Source of the DNA: a virus
Taxonomy: Duplodnaviria > Heunggongvirae > Uroviricota > Caudoviricetes
Length of the DNA: 43,151 nt
Direction: 5' to 3' (one strand)
IMG/VR virus record: IMGVR_UViG_2917403263_000003
Below the pieces are notes generated by a model. It saw nothing but the letters and a program-made list of their open reading frames with translations, was not told the DNA's origin and did not search any database. Below are positions 9,931-20,067 of the stretch, piece after piece. Numbering within the stretch: position 1 is the first letter of the stretch; each line of letters starts with the position of its first letter. The translations under genes were made by a program, and so were the position numbers.

Positions 9931-12342
9931 TCAGTCTGTAAGTAACGAACAATAATTAAATGCATTAGCAACAGATACCGGATCCGGAAACTTTGCCATA
10001 AATTCTGACTTACTGCCTGTTACATTGCTGCACTGGAAAAACAAATATGACAGATTGCATTTTTCAGCAAACACATCCGGGAATATATCATTAATGTCCA
10101 TTGCCAATAATGTGCACTCACGAAACATTTCGGTCATGTCGACACTACTTTCCCGATGATTAATCACCCCACAAGGAACCTTAATCAATGACGAACACCA
10201 TCTGAACATGCCTCTGCTCACGGTAAGTGGGCAGTCTGCAAATAGTTCACCCTGAATCTTCGTTAATGCATTGCAATTCGAAAAAATATAAGACACATCT
10301 TTCAGCGAAATACATCCTCTGAATGTGTCAGCCGGTAACATAATAAGTTTTCTGCAATTTGCAAAAACGGAATTCATTGATATCAGAGATGTACAACCAG
10401 AAAAAATCCCTTCACCGATCTCAGTCGAAATATTACAGTTAGCAAACGTTTCTGATGCCGATTTAACTGACACACACCCCGAAAAAAGTCTGTCACCAAT
10501 GCTTTCCAGTGATTTGCAGTTATAAAACACCCCGTTTATTCCTGTCAGCTTCTGACATCCCTCGAATAAGCCATCGCCAACATGGGTAATACTGTGGCAG
10601 TTGTAAAACGCATTATTAGCAGAACGAAGATTATCTGCTCCAGAAAACAATCGCGCAGGTATACTGCGTATACTGTCACACTCATTAAATATGCCATCAA
10701 TATGCGCAATTCTGCTTCTGATAACATCCACCCAGCCACCGGGAATGGTTGTCAGTGTTCGGCAACCATAAAACGCATAGGACAAATCAATTGATGATGC
10801 GTCGTTTTCGTTCTGCTCCCCAAATATCGCCGGGAGTTCCGCAAGATTACAACACCCAGAAAACGCCCTGTAAAAATTCTGAAGTCTGTGAGCTGGAATA
10901 GCGGGGGCATTAACCATCTTCTCACACCCGGAAAAAGCATTTTCAAAAGTCAATGCATTCTCCATACCAGCGAATAATGTCTCCGGAACCCGGACGATCT
11001 CCGAACAGCCACAAAACAGTTTTGAAAGTATGTTCGCGCTTGATTTTGTCGCAAATAAAAGTGGGATGTCTGTCAGGGCAGAGCACCCATAGAATACACC
11101 AGACCAATTCACCACAGCTTCGCACCTGGCAAAAAGATTTTCAGGTAATTCATGAAGAGACGAACACCCCCTAAAGGCATTCTCAAATGAAAGTACGTGA
11201 GGCAGATTATCAAAAGAACCTGCGTGAATTTTTCGCAATGCCCACTGCAGATTCGCAAACCACGACATGTCTTTTCTGGAACCACTGACGCGGATGATCT
11301 CCAGGAGTGGATTGGTGTTGTTTACTGCCTTCGAGGTGTAGAATGTCAGACTTTCCGCGCCCTTAATCGTCAGTGTAATTTCTTCTCCGACCGGCAATGT
11401 GCGGGTAGCTTTGACCACATCCTCCTTAATCACATAATCTCTGCTGTCCAGTCCATCACCATAATCAATAGTGAAGTCGTTATCCTGGGGATCGATAAAA
11501 AACAGTGGCATGCTGGCGTTATCTGCCCTGATAATAACCTGAACAACAGACACAACACTTACCGGCAGTCTGGCAACCACTCCATTTACCGTTGATACGA
11601 CGACTGTAGTTCGACCAGACTGTTTCCCTGTCAGAGTAACCACATCACCAGAAACACTTATCGCGGCCACACTGTCATCTTCGATTTGTACAGAAAATAC
11701 GCGGGAATCAGCAATCAGTGGTAGCACCGTCACCTGCACAGAAACAACGTCTCCAGGGGCCAGTCGTAAGTTGTCTGATGACAACTGTATTTCTGACGGC
11801 AGTATCCTGTTTTTCATCTTTTCCGTCGCTGTCACATACCCATAGCCGTATCCTTTCCCCTGACAGCCCCCATAAACATGAATACTGAACCAGCTGCGCA
11901 GATTTTTGGCACGTAATACGGCATGTTTCAGATCCTGGTGGTCACTCATCAGGACAGGCAAGTCCTTCTGCTCCACATTCAACCGGAATGTATAGGGATC
12001 ACCAGGCGGCGTCTGCTCATACCATTCCACAATCTGCGACCGGAACGGACTGTCAGCCAGCGACGCCATCAGCGCCGCTTTAGTCCCTCTGTGGCGATGG
12101 ATATAGGCGGCACGCTTTATAGCAGAACGTTTTTCCGCCTCCGTCCAGTGTTCATTCCAGGTATCTACTGCCATTTCCCAGGCCAGCCATGGCAGCAATT
12201 CAGCAGGACATAAATCGGGATTTTTCACATAGCGGATCAGACAGACCGCTATGTCTGCCAACATATCTCCGGCGACACAGTCCACCACCCGCTCTGCCCG
12301 GCTGGCATTGATCGGCAGTATGCTCCTGATATCGTCATTCAT
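9931..12342 (-). CDS. baseplate protein I (gpI-like N-terminus) fused to Ig-like domain and BspA-type leucine-rich repeats
   Basis: 803 aa; N-terminal ~170 aa gpI-like in position (after J, 8-nt overlap); Big_2-like segment; about 20 tandem units with F-x-x-C motifs (FRGC, FYGC, FSGC, FANC...). Confidence 0.7.
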   Translation of the reverse strand: MNDDIRSILPINASRAERVVDCVAGDMLADIAVCLIRYVKNPDLCPAELLPWLAWEMAVDTWNEHWTEAEKRSAIKRAAYIHRHRGTKAALMASLADSPFRSQIVEWYEQTPPGDPYTFRLNVEQKDLPVLMSDHQDLKHAVLRAKNLRSWFSIHVYGGCQGKGYGYGYVTATEKMKNRILPSEIQLSSDNLRLAPGDVVSVQVTVLPLIADSRVFSVQIEDDSVAAISVSGDVVTLTGKQSGRTTVVVSTVNGVVARLPVSVVSVVQVIIRADNASMPLFFIDPQDNDFTIDYGDGLDSRDYVIKEDVVKATRTLPVGEEITLTIKGAESLTFYTSKAVNNTNPLLEIIRVSGSRKDMSWFANLQWALRKIHAGSFDNLPHVLSFENAFRGCSSLHELPENLFARCEAVVNWSGVFYGCSALTDIPLLFATKSSANILSKLFCGCSEIVRVPETLFAGMENALTFENAFSGCEKMVNAPAIPAHRLQNFYRAFSGCCNLAELPAIFGEQNENDASSIDLSYAFYGCRTLTTIPGGWVDVIRSRIAHIDGIFNECDSIRSIPARLFSGADNLRSANNAFYNCHSITHVGDGLFEGCQKLTGINGVFYNCKSLESIGDRLFSGCVSVKSASETFANCNISTEIGEGIFSGCTSLISMNSVFANCRKLIMLPADTFRGCISLKDVSYIFSNCNALTKIQGELFADCPLTVSRGMFRWCSSLIKVPCGVINHRESSVDMTEMFRECTLLAMDINDIFPDVFAEKCNLSYLFFQCSNVTGSKSEFMAKFPDPVSVANAFNYCSLLTD

Positions 12343-13243
12343 CGGTTGTCTCCACCTTGTTCAGTGTTACCTTACGGCACCACGGTGCCTGCCCCATCGC
12401 AGGAACGATATCGCTGGCAGGAGAGGTCAGATTCACCGTAATCACCCCGGTCTGGTGCAGTGCACCATCCATGCCGGAACGGGATGCCACTGAACCAATC
12501 CTGTGGACACTGTCAGTGTAAGACTGCAGCGCCTTACGGGCATTTGCCATTACCAGTTCACCATCCAGTCCGTAGGGAATATGAATATTCGCCACCACGT
12601 CGTAGGGAATAATTTCTGCCGCCCGGACACTGACAAAATCCGTCAGGGGACGGGTTTCATCATCACTGACTGATGCTGCCACCTTATCCAGCAGGGGTTG
12701 TGATGCGGTGCCATTTCCTGACCGGGATAACACATAAAGAAAAACCCGCCCTTCCTGCGAATGCGTTTCCGGCCCGTAGGCTTTCACATCCAGCACATCA
12801 GGATCAGCACTTTGTGCAAAATAGTGGTACGCATTTTTCGCGCCAGCGGTGCTGAGCCGTGCCCATGACAACTGAATGCGTTCGCGAAAGGCGTCATCAT
12901 CTTCATACACCGCCGGCGTGGGCGGAATGGTGCTGTCGTCTGCAGGGGTAATTACCAGCCGCTGTACCTGATAATTCGCGCCAACCTGATCCAGATCGTT
13001 CCCACCGGCACTGGCAAGCAGTACTGCACGAACTGCATCATTTATTTGCTGGCGCATCAGCGCCACCCGAAAAGCCAGTGCCTCCGCCCATTTATAAGCA
13101 GGATCAGATTCCACCAGTGCTGAAAACAACGTATCCAGCTCCTGATACTTCGCCACTATCTGAGAGACGAGCATTGCGGTATCCGGCACTTCCACAGCAT
13201 CCGGTACCGGTATCGCGGACAGATCAATGATTGCCTGAGACAT
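12335..13243 (-). CDS. baseplate assembly protein J (gpJ-like)
   Basis: About 302 aa from ATG 13241-13243; IIDLSAIPVPD start and AGGNDLDQVGANY motif resemble P2 gpJ. Confidence 0.8.
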   Translation of the reverse strand: MSQAIIDLSAIPVPDAVEVPDTAMLVSQIVAKYQELDTLFSALVESDPAYKWAEALAFRVALMRQQINDAVRAVLLASAGGNDLDQVGANYQVQRLVITPADDSTIPPTPAVYEDDDAFRERIQLSWARLSTAGAKNAYHYFAQSADPDVLDVKAYGPETHSQEGRVFLYVLSRSGNGTASQPLLDKVAASVSDDETRPLTDFVSVRAAEIIPYDVVANIHIPYGLDGELVMANARKALQSYTDSVHRIGSVASRSGMDGALHQTGVITVNLTSPASDIVPAMGQAPWCRKVTLNKVETTDE

Positions 13244-13580
13244 TGCCAATTTTTATCTCCTCGAGTCGAATCGTGTCCTGAGTTTCGTTGTTCACCCCGA
13301 CAAGCGTCAGCCAGGCGCTCCCTTCTCCTGTCCACGTCACCTCCACCCGCCGGAGGGTCAGGCGGGGTTCCCAGCGTTCAAGGGCGGTTACCGTTTCACG
13401 GACAATTCTCACCCGCGTGAAATCATCCTGTGGGTTATCAAGCAGACTGAACAGTCTGCTGCCGTATTCCCTGAGCAGGACCCGGCTACCGACCGGCGTT
13501 GACAAAATATCGGTGACGGACTGGCGCAGATGTTCGTTACCGTGCAGATATCTGCCGGTGGCTGAATCAATACCAATCAT
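13224..13580 (-). CDS. baseplate protein W (gpW/gp25 lysozyme-like)
   Basis: 118 aa from internal ATG 13578-13580 (MIGIDSATGRYLHGNEHLRQSV...), typical gpW/gp25 N-terminus; the longer listed ORF overlaps gpV. Confidence 0.75.
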   Translation of the reverse strand: MIGIDSATGRYLHGNEHLRQSVTDILSTPVGSRVLLREYGSRLFSLLDNPQDDFTRVRIVRETVTALERWEPRLTLRRVEVTWTGEGSAWLTLVGVNNETQDTIRLEEIKIGNVSGNH

Positions 13581-13614
13581 GTTGTTTATTCCGGAAAAAA
13601 AACTGAAAAGGAGA

Positions 13615-14238
13615 TTACATTTGCTGACCAGGCTGTCCGGTGCTGCCACCACTGTCGCCCCGGTGATTGTGACCGTTATAGACAAGCCGGATTTGACTCA
13701 TCGTTCCGTAATGATCAGAAACCTCACCACCGACCGTCAGATCCGCCTTAACTACCGCTTCAGTATTCATGGTTGCTTTACCATGTACGGTCAGGGTGTC
13801 TGTGATTTCTACCGGACCGTCCAGGGTTCCCTTGCCGGTAATTTTATAGCTACCGCCTTCAGCCAGCGTGATGGACAGGGCATTAGCCTTACGGTCGTAA
13901 CGGATTTCCGTTCCGGTATCAAACAAAATAACATGTTCGTATTTACTGCCCTCAGGGACAGGGATAGCGTCAATATTGGCCCCCGGATACACCCGACCGT
14001 TACGCAGATCGCCCGCCTCCGATATCACCGTAACGGCATCGCCGGGAGCCGGATAATTACTGACCTGCATGTAGCGCCCGGACTGCACCTGAATCCAGGG
14101 TAACGGCGGCGAAAGCACATCCCCGATATCCACCCGAACCATCACCGGACTACCCGGTATCACTTCCTCCACCACCCCACGCCGCACCATATCCGCCACC
14201 CTGCGGCGTAACTCTGCCACTTCATCCGCCAGACTCAT
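13615..14238 (-). CDS. baseplate spike/assembly protein V (gpV-like)
   Basis: About 207 aa from ATG 14236-14238; C-terminal NGHNHRGDSGGSTGQP motif like P2 gpV; longer listed ORF overlaps upstream gene. Confidence 0.7.
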   Translation of the reverse strand: MSLADEVAELRRRVADMVRRGVVEEVIPGSPVMVRVDIGDVLSPPLPWIQVQSGRYMQVSNYPAPGDAVTVISEAGDLRNGRVYPGANIDAIPVPEGSKYEHVILFDTGTEIRYDRKANALSITLAEGGSYKITGKGTLDGPVEITDTLTVHGKATMNTEAVVKADLTVGGEVSDHYGTMSQIRLVYNGHNHRGDSGGSTGQPGQQM

Positions 14239-14785
14239 TGCCGGTGCCCTCGGTTTTCCAGATAAGACGATAATCCCGCTCATGTCTCTTGCCAGTTTCC
14301 GGTACTTTCCCCAGCCAGACTTCCTGTAATGGCGCACCTGCCGGAACCGCGAACGGATCTTCCCCGACAGGAATATCCTGTTCGAAAGAAACACGGAAAA
14401 CGATGTAGTCATCCAGAAGCCGGTCGAAGGTATCCACCTCTGCATCAATAAAAACAGCCGGATCAACGTTATCCAGCCCGAACGTGGCCCCCTCAATCCA
14501 GTCAGACAAATCCATCGCCAGGCAACGGGCAAAAATCTGCGGTTTTGGCACGTTTTCCGTCTTTCCGGCCCGGTCTGTCACCACAAACAGATCACATTTC
14601 AGCGTGACCCGCGTCTGCCCGTCGGCAAACTGAGTCTTGTCCCAGCCAGGTACATCCACAAACACGGCAGGCGTCACCAGTTGCGTCACTTTTTCCGGGT
14701 ATTCATCAGCATCTTCCACCCAGGGAATTTGTTTCAGACTGTCAATCACCGCCTGATGCCAGGCTCCCATCATCAATGGCTCCAT
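14222..14785 (-). CDS. putative tail completion / virion morphogenesis protein
   Basis: 187 aa between head-proximal genes and gpV; assignment by position only. Confidence 0.35.
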   Translation of the reverse strand: MEPLMMGAWHQAVIDSLKQIPWVEDADEYPEKVTQLVTPAVFVDVPGWDKTQFADGQTRVTLKCDLFVVTDRAGKTENVPKPQIFARCLAMDLSDWIEGATFGLDNVDPAVFIDAEVDTFDRLLDDYIVFRVSFEQDIPVGEDPFAVPAGAPLQEVWLGKVPETGKRHERDYRLIWKTEGTGNESGG

Positions 14786-15507
14786 CACTCCAGCCCCTTA
14801 AATACCCGGAATTTCAGTTCATGCTCAAAATTTTTCAGGATCAGTGCTTCCGCATCCGGAAAAACAAAATCCTCTATACGGTTCAGCATGGCTTCATAAA
14901 TATCAATTTCCGCTTCACGCACCCTCCGCCGTCCGGATGCCTGTCGGACCAGTATCGTTTTCCTTTTTGATATACGTCCGTTACGATTTTCCGTTTCGAA
15001 CTGGTTGATGAAGGCATCATCCGTTGACCAGGTGGTGACAGGCAGGGATTCCCCGGAAGGTTTAAAACGGATCTCCCGCGCCTTCCTGCGGTGGGAAGCT
15101 GGTGCAAAACGTCCCCGCTCATCGCGCAACTGATGACGTTCGCCGCGTCGTCCCCCACTGATGCGTCCGCGCAGATCACGTACTTTGATGGCATTCAGAC
15201 CAAACCACACCTTCGCCTCATCAAACTCATCACCGTTACGACGAATGACAAAATTATGCAGAACACGCTTTTTGATCATTTTCTGACTGCGTGGGGCAAC
15301 CTGTTTTTTAAACTCTGCCATAGCCTTCATCCGCAGTGCAGACGAAGCTCTTTTCAGTGCCACGCCCCAGGCTTTACGGATCTGGCTTTTTGAACCGCCC
15401 AGTTTAGCGATAATTTTCAGCACCTCATCTTCATCAATATCGACGACGAGGTTTCGTGCCAGCCGTCGCTGCCGGGCACTGCTTCGTTCATGCTCTCTGA
15501 CTGCCAT
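14785..15507 (-). CDS. phage structural (neck/head-tail) protein, highly basic
   Basis: About 240 aa from ATG 15505-15507; Arg/Lys-rich; position between head and tail modules; function not recognised. Confidence 0.3.
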   Translation of the reverse strand: MAVREHERSSARQRRLARNLVVDIDEDEVLKIIAKLGGSKSQIRKAWGVALKRASSALRMKAMAEFKKQVAPRSQKMIKKRVLHNFVIRRNGDEFDEAKVWFGLNAIKVRDLRGRISGGRRGERHQLRDERGRFAPASHRRKAREIRFKPSGESLPVTTWSTDDAFINQFETENRNGRISKRKTILVRQASGRRRVREAEIDIYEAMLNRIEDFVFPDAEALILKNFEHELKFRVFKGLE

Positions 15508-15874
15508 AACGTTTACTCGGTCGGACAGGGGCGGCAGGTGTACTTCTTCCGGGTTCTCCCCGCGCAAGAGTAACCCGTGTACGCCCTTCCTCATCAGCGC
15601 CAATATGCGTCACGTGAAAAATATCAGCATTAATTTCCACCTGATCACGTTTCATTAACCCGGAAATATCTGCTGTCATGGCACTGAAGGCTGGCGCATG
15701 ATCATTAATTTCACCACCATCACGGATCCCGACGGTCGCATCCGGCGATTCGAATATCACGCTTACAGGCCGTTTATCTCCGTCCCGGAGGAACAGGTAT
15801 GCGGGTATCTCTTCAGCAAATGCCCGGGTTACCCGGGCATCCGCGTTTGTAAGCAGGCGTCGAAACCTGTTCAT
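15488..15874 (-). CDS. putative head completion / head-tail adaptor protein
   Basis: 128 aa from ATG 15872-15874, ATGA-coupled to upstream gene; position after capsid/decoration genes. Confidence 0.3.
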   Translation of the reverse strand: MNRFRRLLTNADARVTRAFAEEIPAYLFLRDGDKRPVSVIFESPDATVGIRDGGEINDHAPAFSAMTADISGLMKRDQVEINADIFHVTHIGADEEGRTRVTLARGEPGRSTPAAPVRPSKRYGSQRA

Positions 15875-16203
15875 CAGTACCCCAGACGTACACACACAGT
15901 GGCATCACTGGTTTCAGCGTTACACCAGACGGTACCCACCAGCGTATTACCTGATTTCGTTGCTGTCAGTGTTGCCGTATCCGCTTTGAAATACACCAGC
16001 TTGCCTTGCGTCAACGCCTCTGCCTCTTTAGGCAAAGAGAAAACTCCCGTCGTATGCAGAATGCCCACATCTCCGTCCGGAATATCAGCATGAGCAACAC
16101 CAATAAGATTATCCTGAACAACCAGATCGCCAGATGACACTACCTTTCCGGTCCCATTCAGCCAGTCGACGTTTTTTCCGTCCTGAACAAAATTTTTTGA
16201 CAT
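15874..16203 (-). CDS. putative head decoration/cement protein (DUF2190-like)
   Basis: 109 aa, RBS GGAG before ATG 16201-16203; immediately downstream of major capsid gene and its terminator. Confidence 0.4.
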   Translation of the reverse strand: MSKNFVQDGKNVDWLNGTGKVVSSGDLVVQDNLIGVAHADIPDGDVGILHTTGVFSLPKEAEALTQGKLVYFKADTATLTATKSGNTLVGTVWCNAETSDATVCVRLGY

Positions 16204-16248
16204 TTTCTTCTCCGGTAAATGCGGCGCCTGGTACGCCGCTTCAGCCAT

Positions 16249-16272
16249 AAAAAAACCGCCCTGTCCGGCGGT
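16249..16272 (-). terminator. intrinsic terminator immediately after major capsid gene
   Basis: accgcc-ctgtcc-ggcggt hairpin followed by T7 on minus strand, right after capsid stop codon. Confidence 0.55.
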
Positions 16273-16275
16273 TAT

Positions 16276-18366
16276 TTACTGTTTTTTCACTTTGACCATG
16301 CCACGCCAGTCAAGCGGTGCCACTCCGGCATCAATGCGCACCTTGAATGCTGCACCATCAACCGTAAAGCCCTGTTGCTGCTCCAGATACGGCGTATCAA
16401 TACCGTCGAGGTAAGCCACTTCAATCGTGTCACGCCCCTGCGCTGCCACCAGGTAATAATCCGTCTGGCTGCTGTCATCAAGACGGGCCTCTGACAGAAC
16501 CGTGGAAAAATTCTGAATCGGGTTAATAATGCCGCTGTTCGCATCTGCACCGGGCACGCTGGCAGACTTAATCAACTGATTGGCACGCGACTCAATGGCA
16601 ACAGGCGTCAGCATAAAAGCAGGACGAATGTTCAGACGACGGTCACCCGATTTCTGGAGCAGCATAGCTTTACGCCCGGAATCCAGCCCCTCAATAGACA
16701 AATCGGCAGTCACCAGGTTGCCATGATCTGCATGGAACAGCGGTTTACCATCCGACATTTTCGGATTGCTGGTCAGCACGGCCCAGACCAGATCACCCAC
16801 GGTAGTACGCGCTGCCGCCCCCATTGCCATCGGAATACGGGTCAGCATATCCAGGTCATCATTGATGATGGTCTGGCGATCAATGCTGAACAATTCGCCA
16901 TACGTCGCCAGTGCAATCGGTTCGCCACGATCTTTCAGGGTCACATATTTATATTCAGCCCCCGGCAATACTTTTCGTAGCGTCGGGAAAGTTTCCAGCC
17001 CGACACGATGCGCGGTTTTAAAATCAGTCAGCGTTCCCTTGCGGGTCCATTTGTCAAAATTTTCGCTGGCATCATCCCAGCCCTGCAACGCAGCTTTATG
17101 AGCCACATCCATCAGGATATTGCCGAAATCGCTGCTGCTGTGAGTAAATGCCAGCCCAACCATCGCCATCGGTGCGGAATGACCTGAGATACCAATACCG
17201 CGATCAACCAGCGAAGCACGCGCCAGCTCGCGCAGAGTAAAACCGTTATAAGCATTATCTTTTTCTGCTTCGGCATATCCGGCGCGTGCCATCACAGCCG
17301 CACGAATGGAATCGCCGACCAGATTACCGTTCCCGGCATGAATATGAACAGCGCCCGGGCCTGCACTTGGTGTCGTTCCGACTGCCAGCGCATGCAAAAG
17401 TTTTTCACGGGCCTGTGCTTCCGTACAGGTCATGTCGTTCAGACACTCCGCTTTCAGTGCGGCATAAGACGGGAAAGAGGCAAAAACAGCAGTTACAGCC
17501 TGCACACGTTCCGCATTGGCTGCCATCAGTTGTTGCTGAACCTGCGAAGCAATTGCGCTGATATCCACATTTCCGGTTGATGACGCCTGCTGAGTTGCGG
17601 TCTGTTGTGCATCTTGCGAACCTGCTTTCGGTTCCTGCTGCTGTCCGTTCGTCGTTTCTGCACGCGGAGCAAAAAGCGTGTTAAGCTGTTTTGGCATGTT
17701 ATGGTAATCCTTCAGTTTATTTTGGTTCACACAGGCCGCAGCCTGTAATTCTGGTTCAAGCGTATCAGCGAAGCCTTTTTCCACGGCTTCAGCACCGTTC
17801 AGCCAGGTTTCTGCTTTCAGCATGACTTCCAGCTCCTCCTGCCCGAGTCCGGTTTTATTCATGTAGGCTGACAGCATCAGCGCCTCGTTGCGATCCAGCC
17901 AGTCGGCATAATCACGCATATCATCAGAATCGCCGGCGATCCCACCCCACGGCTTGTGTATCATCAGCCAGGCGTTTTCGGGCATATGCACTGTGGCGCC
18001 GGGCAGACAAACAATCATGGAGGCCATGCTGGCAGCAACCCCATCCACCCAGATATCCACCTTCGCTTTCAGACGTGACAGCGTGTTAAAGATGGCAAAA
18101 CCCTGCATCACATCACCGCCCGGGCTGTGGATATGCAGATCAATGGCGCTGGCCTCAAACACCCCCGCATTTTTACAGTCAGCAATAAACTGCTGCGCGG
18201 TGATGCCCCATCCACCAATCACGTCATAGAGGTAAATTTCCACCCGCCCGGCAGCCTGTGCCCGGATTTCGTACCAGCACTGACCATTAGCGGCATCCAC
18301 CCCCGCAAGGCTGGCGCGGGGATTAATCATCGTCCCGCGAAGACGCGGGTTTATCATTTGCTGCAT
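16276..18366 (-). CDS. prohead protease (ClpP-like) - major capsid protein fusion (HK97 fold)
   Basis: N-terminal ClpP/S14-like region, Gln/Ala-rich linker, C-terminal HK97-type capsid domain; ATG 18364-18366 with AAGGAG RBS (first listed codon is GTG). Confidence 0.8.
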   Translation of the reverse strand: MQQMINPRLRGTMINPRASLAGVDAANGQCWYEIRAQAAGRVEIYLYDVIGGWGITAQQFIADCKNAGVFEASAIDLHIHSPGGDVMQGFAIFNTLSRLKAKVDIWVDGVAASMASMIVCLPGATVHMPENAWLMIHKPWGGIAGDSDDMRDYADWLDRNEALMLSAYMNKTGLGQEELEVMLKAETWLNGAEAVEKGFADTLEPELQAAACVNQNKLKDYHNMPKQLNTLFAPRAETTNGQQQEPKAGSQDAQQTATQQASSTGNVDISAIASQVQQQLMAANAERVQAVTAVFASFPSYAALKAECLNDMTCTEAQAREKLLHALAVGTTPSAGPGAVHIHAGNGNLVGDSIRAAVMARAGYAEAEKDNAYNGFTLRELARASLVDRGIGISGHSAPMAMVGLAFTHSSSDFGNILMDVAHKAALQGWDDASENFDKWTRKGTLTDFKTAHRVGLETFPTLRKVLPGAEYKYVTLKDRGEPIALATYGELFSIDRQTIINDDLDMLTRIPMAMGAAARTTVGDLVWAVLTSNPKMSDGKPLFHADHGNLVTADLSIEGLDSGRKAMLLQKSGDRRLNIRPAFMLTPVAIESRANQLIKSASVPGADANSGIINPIQNFSTVLSEARLDDSSQTDYYLVAAQGRDTIEVAYLDGIDTPYLEQQQGFTVDGAAFKVRIDAGVAPLDWRGMVKVKKQ

Positions 18367-19834
18367 CAGGGAGCACTCCTTTATCGTTAGCGGCGTCAGA
18401 ATCGAACACCAGCCCGTTTTCCCGGTTAAATTCAGTTTCACGCAGTCGCTGACGTTTGACCTCCTGCGGTGACTGCCCACGGGCACGTATCCACTCGGCC
18501 TCCGTCCCGGCACCACCGCGAAGAATGGCCCGCCATGCTGCAGCCTCCTTCACCGGATCAATCCACGGCATCACCGGCCCAAGATAAGTGGCATTGAAAA
18601 GCGTGGACATATCCACATCAGGAGGAATTTCAAGAAAAGGTATCGCCTGCTCCAGCCATGCCCGGTACACCGGGCGGCTGTACTGACCGACAAACCACTG
18701 CTGTAAAACCCCATAGCCTTCGTAACCTTCCACCAGCTCCTGACGCTGCGAACTGTAGGAGCCGTTATAGTCACGAGCAATACTGGAATAACTGCCACGG
18801 GTTCCGGCAGCCACAGCACGCAACTGCCCGTTCCGGAATTCATAAAGATGAACATTCGGACGATTCGACTCCACCATCCCCAGATCTTCACCCGGCGCCA
18901 GTTCGTCAAAAATCATGCCCGGCGAAATATCAAAATACCGGGGTTTTTGTTCTGTGGGTGTCCAGTCGTTATCCGTAGGAAAGCTGGCGGCATCACCACG
19001 CTTAATGTAGAACCCCAGCGCGGCAGCAATACGGGCAGCCACACGCTCTGATTCTTCGTAATCTTTCAGATCAGCAATCCGGCGAATCACACCATGTAAC
19101 AGGCTGACACCTCTCACCTGATGAAGCCGTTTCCGCATCGCCAGATGAAGCATGCTGTCTGCGTGAACAGTTTTGAGATCGGCGCTGAATCCACGCATAT
19201 TTGCAGGATGGTATTTATAAACCCGATACCCTACAGGCCGCCCCCAGTTGTTAAGAATAATGCCCTGACGGACTTGCTGACCCGCGTTCGTGTTCAGACT
19301 GACCGGAACAAAATCTGCTTCGAGAAGTTCCAGTGATAATGGCACCACAGTGGAATGATTCAGACCGGCGACAGGACCACGCACCAGTTGTACGAACATC
19401 TCGCCATCACGCAAAGCAGATCGCAATGCCATCCGTTCGGCCTCCGGGCGGGTGAACATCCCCGTGACCTCAGGGCGAACAGACCATTCAGACCACAATG
19501 CCGAGATCTGCTCTGCCAGCAATTCATGCAGGGTGCCATCGCTTCTCAGTGGTTGTGGTTCAACCTGGATCCCCTGCGCACCAATAACCCGCTCTTCCAG
19601 CTTATCCAGCAGACCAATCACGATATCATGATCTTCATCCAGCGCCCTGGCCTGCTCCCTTAACGAAGTGCCGGCAGAAAAAACTGCTGTATCGGCAGAA
19701 CGACTCTCACGCCGGGCTTTATTCAGGCGTGAAGGCTGCGCCGCCTCATAAGCTCTCAGCAGCATTTTGTTTCTGGCGCGCGAAACTGCCCACCCTGGCG
19801 CAATTGCGCCAAGTGCTTTATCAAAAAAACCCAT
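18323..19834 (-). CDS. portal protein (lambda gpB family)
   Basis: 503 aa directly after gpW-like gene; size and position of lambda-family portal. Confidence 0.85.
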   Translation of the reverse strand: MGFFDKALGAIAPGWAVSRARNKMLLRAYEAAQPSRLNKARRESRSADTAVFSAGTSLREQARALDEDHDIVIGLLDKLEERVIGAQGIQVEPQPLRSDGTLHELLAEQISALWSEWSVRPEVTGMFTRPEAERMALRSALRDGEMFVQLVRGPVAGLNHSTVVPLSLELLEADFVPVSLNTNAGQQVRQGIILNNWGRPVGYRVYKYHPANMRGFSADLKTVHADSMLHLAMRKRLHQVRGVSLLHGVIRRIADLKDYEESERVAARIAAALGFYIKRGDAASFPTDNDWTPTEQKPRYFDISPGMIFDELAPGEDLGMVESNRPNVHLYEFRNGQLRAVAAGTRGSYSSIARDYNGSYSSQRQELVEGYEGYGVLQQWFVGQYSRPVYRAWLEQAIPFLEIPPDVDMSTLFNATYLGPVMPWIDPVKEAAAWRAILRGGAGTEAEWIRARGQSPQEVKRQRLRETEFNRENGLVFDSDAANDKGVLPDAANDKPASSRDDD

Positions 19835-19842
19835 AAAAAACC

Positions 19843-20067
19843 TCAGGAGAAACGGGCGAGTTTGTACGGTTTCCTTGTGGGCTGGCAGGCCGCCGCCCAG
19901 CGTTTTTCCCAGTATTCAAGCTCCCTGCGCAATGCAACAGGATCATGGTTGGTGATCGCTCTGCCATTCACCCCGGTAAAAGACACACTTTTACCATCCA
20001 GGGAATCCCTGTATGCCTGACGCACGATAACCAGCATCTGGAAAATCTCATCTTTTTTCACAACCAT
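19843..20067 (-). CDS. head-tail joining protein (lambda gpW-like)
   Basis: 74 aa between terminase large subunit and portal, as lambda W. Confidence 0.65.
   Translation of the reverse strand: MVVKKDEIFQMLVIVRQAYRDSLDGKSVSFTGVNGRAITNHDPVALRRELEYWEKRWAAACQPTRKPYKLARFS

Noticed and set aside
13288-14103. 271-aa plus-strand ORF antisense to gpW/gpV
   Set aside because: Shadow ORF opposite well-supported baseplate genes; no RBS and no recognisable motif.
14239-14532. Long N-terminal extension of the gpV ORF (305 aa version)
   Set aside because: Extension overlaps the upstream gene by about 300 nt and is hydrophobic junk; the internal ATG at 14238 gives a gpV of canonical length.
16723-17101. 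Plus-strand ORFs inside the capsid gene
   Set aside because: Antisense to the major capsid coding region; typical spurious frames.
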